DNA of 64,000 nt from Pseudovirgaria hyperparasitica. Its lineage: Eukaryota. Both the position numbers and the translations under genes were made by a program. Positions 58,475 to 64,000 of this stretch are shown piece after piece. Below the pieces are notes generated by a model. It was not told the origin of the DNA. It saw only the letters and a program-made list of their open reading frames with translations, and made no database searches. The stretch lies in NCBI GenBank assembly GCA_010093815.1, contig ML996577.1; one strand, given 5' to 3'. Each line of letters opens with the position of its first letter. Positions within the stretch are counted from its first letter, which is position 1.

Positions 58475-60716
58475 GACTGCTTGGTGGTGAGATGATATAT
58501 GTGCCGGCACATTTGCTTGCGCTTTTTCCTCGGCGGTGAGCGCAACTCTCATCCACGGGAATGTTAGACGGAAGCACTTCATGAGGAGTTGGGGATCTTT
58601 TCTTGTATCATGAGACGGTATTGCGGACTACCTGTTTCCAATCTTGCATATGACTGATGAACAACACATAGCCAGTCTTTTAGGGTCCGTTTGATGGAGT
58701 ACGAGAAGCGCATGGATGTGCGAGATGCTTGTTTTTATGAAATGTTATTCTCACGTACATAACAACGAACCCCACTTATGGATGGCTGTACAGTAGCAGT
58801 CTTTCGCGTAAGCTCACGTTAGAGTCACGGTAATGCCAACAAATGCAGTAAGCATATGTTTCCGAGTCTAGTGTTTGCTACGTTTGGATATGCTCCGATA
58901 TTGGCTATCCATGTTGCCAGACGACGAAAAGAGTCAATGAATGAGGCTGCTTGTATGGTCGGACAGCGTCGAACACAACTTTTATAATTACACAGGTACT
59001 TGGGGAACCATAGTCGCTCGGGCGATCCCCTGGATACACCACGCACGCGACATATCCGATAACACACTCGGAACGAAGCCCGCTCACGCGACGGTAGTGC
59101 GCACGTAAGACGACTCACTCACTCACGCCCGTCACTCATGCAATGCACCGCAAAGAAACATGCCGATGCCAAAGCTACCTACGGCATGACGCAAACAGCC
59201 ACCATGTCAGATGGCATGCGCAAAAAGAAAACATGGCAGCACTCTTGTATCAACGTCATTTCACATCCCCCGGACTGAGTGCTGACTTGCCAGCATGCTA
59301 TAGTAGCAGTTAGTGGACGATCAACCTGGGGGAAGTTTGTGTCGTGTGATGGGTGGATGGAAAGATGTATGGAATGTTATGACGGTTGGGCGTGCTCGTG
59401 GACAGCTGTGAGTGGGTTTTGGTGTGTTGTGCTGTCTGTGATACACTGCGAACCCATGGCACCGGATTGCTAAGTGCTGGGGCGACTCGCTACCAAAGCT
59501 GCCTTTTTGCGGGCGGCCGGGGGTTTGCGGGGGCGTGTTTGGTGCCCTTTGCTAGCTATTTAGCGGCTAGGTTGGCACCACATGCACCGCCTGTATGGGG
59601 AGGGTTGTGGCTGCTAGGGCTACTGTAGAGGCGTAGTTGCCCTGGCACTTTTCTTCGTCTCAGTTGTGCAACTGCAACGACAACTAATTACAACTACAAC
59701 ACCTCTACCTATTGACCGCACCACAATGACTACCAGTAAACTGCATGAGAAAGTGCCGTCCGGTCAATATACGGTGTAAACAAGCAAATGCAAGCACGGA
59801 CAGAGGTCATACATGAGTGATCCATCTTGGTGACTGGTTCTTGGGCCCGCCAGGATTTCCCCCGCTGTCTATCACGGTGGAGCAGCACGCATGGAGCCTA
59901 CAGTCTGGGTAAGATGTTCGTGATCGACCATCACGAGAGGCGCAAAACGTGCTAATTCATGGTCAGCGTGACAGCACTTGAGCCCTACCAGATGCGGGGG
60001 TGGTTCAAACGCTGGAAGGGTCTTGAAGAAGACAGAGACGAAGCATCGACACGAAGAAGCCTGATGATGATGATGACGATGATTATGAAGCCGGACCACG
60101 ATGATTGCAGTCACCATTCACTGGGCAAAACTCTGATGATCTATACTCGAAACAATCTACCTTGTCCGTCCGCCGTCATAGCTTGGCCACGTCGGGCGAA
60201 TCATCCACTCGTACCTGAGGTTGCTGTGTCTAGCATAACGTGCAGATCTGCATCGTCGACTGCCTCAATGGCCTTCGTCCGTACTTCGGCTGCTCTGAGG
60301 CCTGCCCGTGAACAGCACTCTGCCAGGTTTGCCTGTGCTGTAGCTGCCTGAGATCTACGTCGAAAAACGCCTCGTGCTCATCCCATTCTACCATTCCTTT
60401 CCTCGTCCAGCTTCACGGTGCGTTGCAATTGGCTACTGACCTTGCTGCTCACCATCTTAGTAGCTGGCCGATTCGGTCCCAGTTTTGCTGCACCTTGTTT
60501 TTCTCCGAATATCATGGGATCAACAACGCACTATCACTCCGCTCATCGATGCTACCCAAAGCAACTCTTTATATTGTCCTAATGCCCTCCCGGGTATATC
60601 CATAATCGTCTCTGCTCGCCATTTCAAAGCACATGATTCTACAGATTCGCTACTCAACTTCTCTTCTACAGTGACACAAACCAATTAACCAGACACGTCA
60701 CATCAAGTTCGCCAGT

Positions 60717-62100
60717 ATGGTATCAAGGTTGTTGTCTACGCTCGCTGTGGCGCTTTTTGCGTCTTCCAGCATAGCCGCTCCGTGAGTTGATCACCAGCCA
60801 CATGAATGTCTTCCATACTGATGCTTAGATCTAGAACCGAGAAACGTCAAGGTTCGTTGAAATTCGACTATAACAATCAGAAAGTTCGAGGTGTAAACCT
60901 CGGCGGCTGGTTTGTGCTTGAGCCATGGATCACGCCATCTATGTTCAACGACTGGGCAGATGGCAACAGTGTGAAAGACGAATACACTCTAACCCGGACC
61001 TTGGGCTACGACGAGGCATACCGACGTCTCAGCGCGCATTGGAACTCGTGGATCACTCAGGACGACTTCAGCCAAATCGCAAAAGCAGGCCTGAATCACG
61101 TGAGGATACCAATTGGCTACTGGGCCGTGCAGAAACAGGATGGAGACCCATACGTGCAGGGTGCCTATCAGAAGCTTGGTGAAGCTCTCGACTGGGCGCA
61201 AGCTGCAGGCCTCAAGGTTATGATTGACCTCCACGGTGCTCCTGAATCGCAGAATGGCTTCGACAACAGCGGTCGCTTGGGCGCTATCGGCTGGACTCAA
61301 GGAAACACTATTGCAACCACCATCAGCGTACTGAACAAGATTCGAGATGATCACGCTAATCATCCCGCCGTTTCTGCCATCGAACTCCTCAACGAGCCCC
61401 TTGGCCCAAATCTGAACATGGACACAGTCCGCCAATTCTACATGGACGGATGGGGTAATCTCAGAGATAACAATGTGGCCATCACCTTCCACGATGCCTT
61501 CCAAGGGGTGACATCCTGGGGCAACTGGGGTTCCGGCATGTGGAATCTTTTGCTTGACACTCACCACTACGAGATTTTCGACCAAAGCCAAGTCTCCATG
61601 GACCCAAACGCTCACATCGCAACTGCCTGTGACTTTGGCAGACAGATGGCAAGCACCGGAAAGTGGACCATCGCTGGTGAATTCACCGGCGGTATCACCG
61701 ACTGTGCAAAGTGGCTCAACGGACTTGGAAAGGGTGCTCGTTACGACGGTACCTTGGCCGGATCGTCGCATGTCGGCTCGTGTGATGGAAAGTACACAGG
61801 AACCGTCGCCGGGCTCAGCAACGACGACAAGTACAACATCGGACGGTTCATCGAGGCTCAACTGGACGCGTACGAGAAGGCCACGGGCTGGATATTCTGG
61901 ACGTGGAAGACGGAGAGTGCACCAGAGTGGGACATGCAAGATCTCCTTGCAAACGGACTATTCCCGCAGCCCTTGACTGCCCGAAAGTGTAAGCTGCATC
62001 CCATCAATCATTCCCAACCATAACAACAACAGTACCACCAAGAAGAAATACCGCATCTTTTGGCTAACGTAAAAACACAGACCCAGGCCAGTGTGGTTGA
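60717..62100 (+). CDS. EXG1: Secreted GH5 exo-beta-1,3-glucanase; join(60717..60781,60835..61988,62081..62100)
   Basis: Signal peptide and KR (Kex2) site; motifs VRGVNLGGWFVLEPWITPS, HVRIPIGYW, IDLHGAP.SQNGFDNSG, acid/base IELLNEP, DTHHY, nucleophile GEF, GWIFWTWKTE and terminal YPGQCG*. Confidence 0.95.
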
Positions 62101-62996
62101 GAATATCTCCACCCCAACAACCTCGCTCAACAACTTCTCTTGTCTCTCTCGTAACTTACTTCTTCCTCTCGCTCGACGTCAAAAAGTTTTTTCGTCCTCG
62201 GTTTTTAGCGGCAGCGCGCCATTTTTTGAGCCATTTTATCCATATCCAACATCACCTCCACTACCACCACCACCGCCACCACCCGTCCAGACCTGATAGT
62301 CTGAGAACGATACGACATTACGGCCACATCCATACATGTGTAAATACCACTACTACTGATACCTTCGCTAGACTGCAGACCTCAAGGTCTTCCCGGGGCT
62401 CAATCGGCCCCGTGTTTCCTATTTTCCATTTTCATATTTTCATATTTCACATGTTTATGTCGCCTTAAATGAGCGCTTGGATGTTTTATAGGCGTATATT
62501 GGGGGTTCGTTCAGGTGGGAAATTCAAGGGGAGATTTTTGCCTACGGCTGTTTGGCGCGCGCTAGGCTGGGATCAGGCTGGGACTGGGATACATATATCT
62601 GCGTGGAAATGGACAGGTAGTCTTGGGTCGGAATGCGGTTGTTTTTTTGGTTTTGTTGTTTGTTGTTGGGTAGTTGTAGGATGAGTCCAATCGAAATCGA
62701 AGATCAGATCAAATGACGCCGAGTTGAACACACTTGGTCTGGTTTGGCTTGGGTGTGTGACTGATGTATGCACTGAGTTTTGTGGATGTGGAGTACTAAT
62801 GTGCCAACTCGCCTTCCGGTGTGTCGTCCTTCCATCAGTAAGTCAATCAGTCACTCAGACACCTAACTCTGCTCGAAGTTGATTCCTGAGGTATAGATTC
62901 TCCATCAGGCATGAATATATCTAGATCGAAGTATAGAGGAGGGTATAATACAGGCAGTCACACTATTAATTAATTACACAACCCCCCTAAATCTAC

Positions 62997-64000
62997 TTAA
63001 TACTCCGTCACCAAAACCTTCTTCAACGCCGCACTCTCCCTCTCGTACCGCTCAATCTTCCCCTGACACGCCGCCACCTTCTCCAACAACCACTGCACGC
63101 GCGAGCCCAACTGCTGCGGCAACTGCTGCTGTCTCGCGACGTCGCTCAAGAGCCGCAGCTCAGCCTCGTACTTGTCGATATTAGCGCTTTCGATCTTGGT
63201 CTGCTGGGTCAGCGTGGCGAGATCGAGTTTGCTGCGCAGTACGGTGTCGGCGGTCAGGCGCTGGAATGCAGAGTGGTAGATGGGCTTGCCGGGCATGATG
63301 CTGTGCGGGCGACCGTTTGCGCTGAGGATGGTGATGAGCTCGGCCTGTTCGAGGGCTTGGAGGGCGGATTCGCCGCCGGCGGGACTCTTGTTGTAGGTGT
63401 CTGCGAGGAGGACTTCGTTGTAGCGGAGCGTGGCGTGGCGGGCAAGTTGGCTGACGAGCAGCCAGGCCTGCTCGGGGCTCCAGGCGCGGGCGGCGTTGTC
63501 GTCGACGCCGATGAGGTACATTTTGAGGATCTCGCTGGCGCTCTGCTCGATCATTTCCTGGACGGCTTTCTTGGGTGTTTCGCCGGCTTTGATGCGGCGG
63601 CCGAGAAACTCGAGGTCGGTGAGGCGGCCGCCGAGATAGGAGATGCATTCGTCGAGTTCGGCGAGGTCTTTGCGGCGTTGGGCTGGGGTGAGGGGCTTTT
63701 CGGCGTCTTCGTCTTCGTCTGCGGCGGCTGCGGCGGAGTCGGACGTGGGTTTCTGGCTTGAGGCTTGGTCGGCGTTGATGTGGGAGATGACGTAGCGTTT
63801 GGCGACTTCGGGACTGCAGTCGCTGAGGGAGATTTGGCGGAAGACACGGTCAGGAAGGGCTTTGCTGAGGGATTTAGAAAAAGAGACGTCGTTTGTGAGG
63901 AAGATAACATGGGCAATATTGGAGGTGGAGAGTTGTGCAGCCCTGTGAGTTACGTGAGAATGTTGGGGGACTGAGGTCATGGAGAGGACTTACCATTCTG
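62997..64000 (-). CDS. YME2: Mitochondrial escape protein 2 (RNA12 domain), 3' part; intron 63943..63993
   Basis: Motifs EWAAQL...NIAHVIFLT.DVSFSK.LSKALPDRVFR.ISL.DCS, LGGRLTDLEFL.RRIKAGETP, W.PEQAW.L, L.ALEQAELI and NGRP..I.PGKP.Y. Confidence 0.92.

Overview
Eukaryotic genomic DNA from a filamentous ascomycete: short GT-AG introns with CTRAC/CTAAC branch sites and Pezizomycotina-type genes. I can support about 20 protein-coding genes and one intron-containing tRNA-Ser(CGA). The 5' third is gene-dense: EIF1AD-like fragment, repeat-bearing hypothetical protein, tautomerase, ULA1, RKI1, F-box, small membrane protein, aldo-keto reductase, ERD2, LaeA-like methyltransferase, dienelactone hydrolase and a Leu3/Sef1-like Zn2Cys6 factor. 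A Myb-like gene sits between two long gene-poor tracts. The 3' part holds a GPI-anchored Ser/Thr-rich protein, a glycan-gene pair, the tRNA, RidA, APT1, a BED-finger/TenA-like fusion, a GH5 exo-glucanase and the 3' part of YME2. The most striking item is the divergent, intronless pair of membrane-anchored glyco-enzymes at 46.1-51.6 kb. One is a GT43-family glycosyltransferase, a family known mainly from animals and plants. The other is a bacterial-WbpP-like NDP-sugar epimerase fused to a GT77-like domain that appears to lack its DxD motif. Together they suggest an undescribed, possibly horizontally acquired, luminal glycan-building module. Also notable are an exact Leu3-type GCCGGNNCCGGC site upstream of the hydrolase next to the Leu3/Sef1-like factor, and the BED-TenA fusion, which seems to have lost a catalytic Glu. 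All family calls come from motif recognition by eye; no searches were run.
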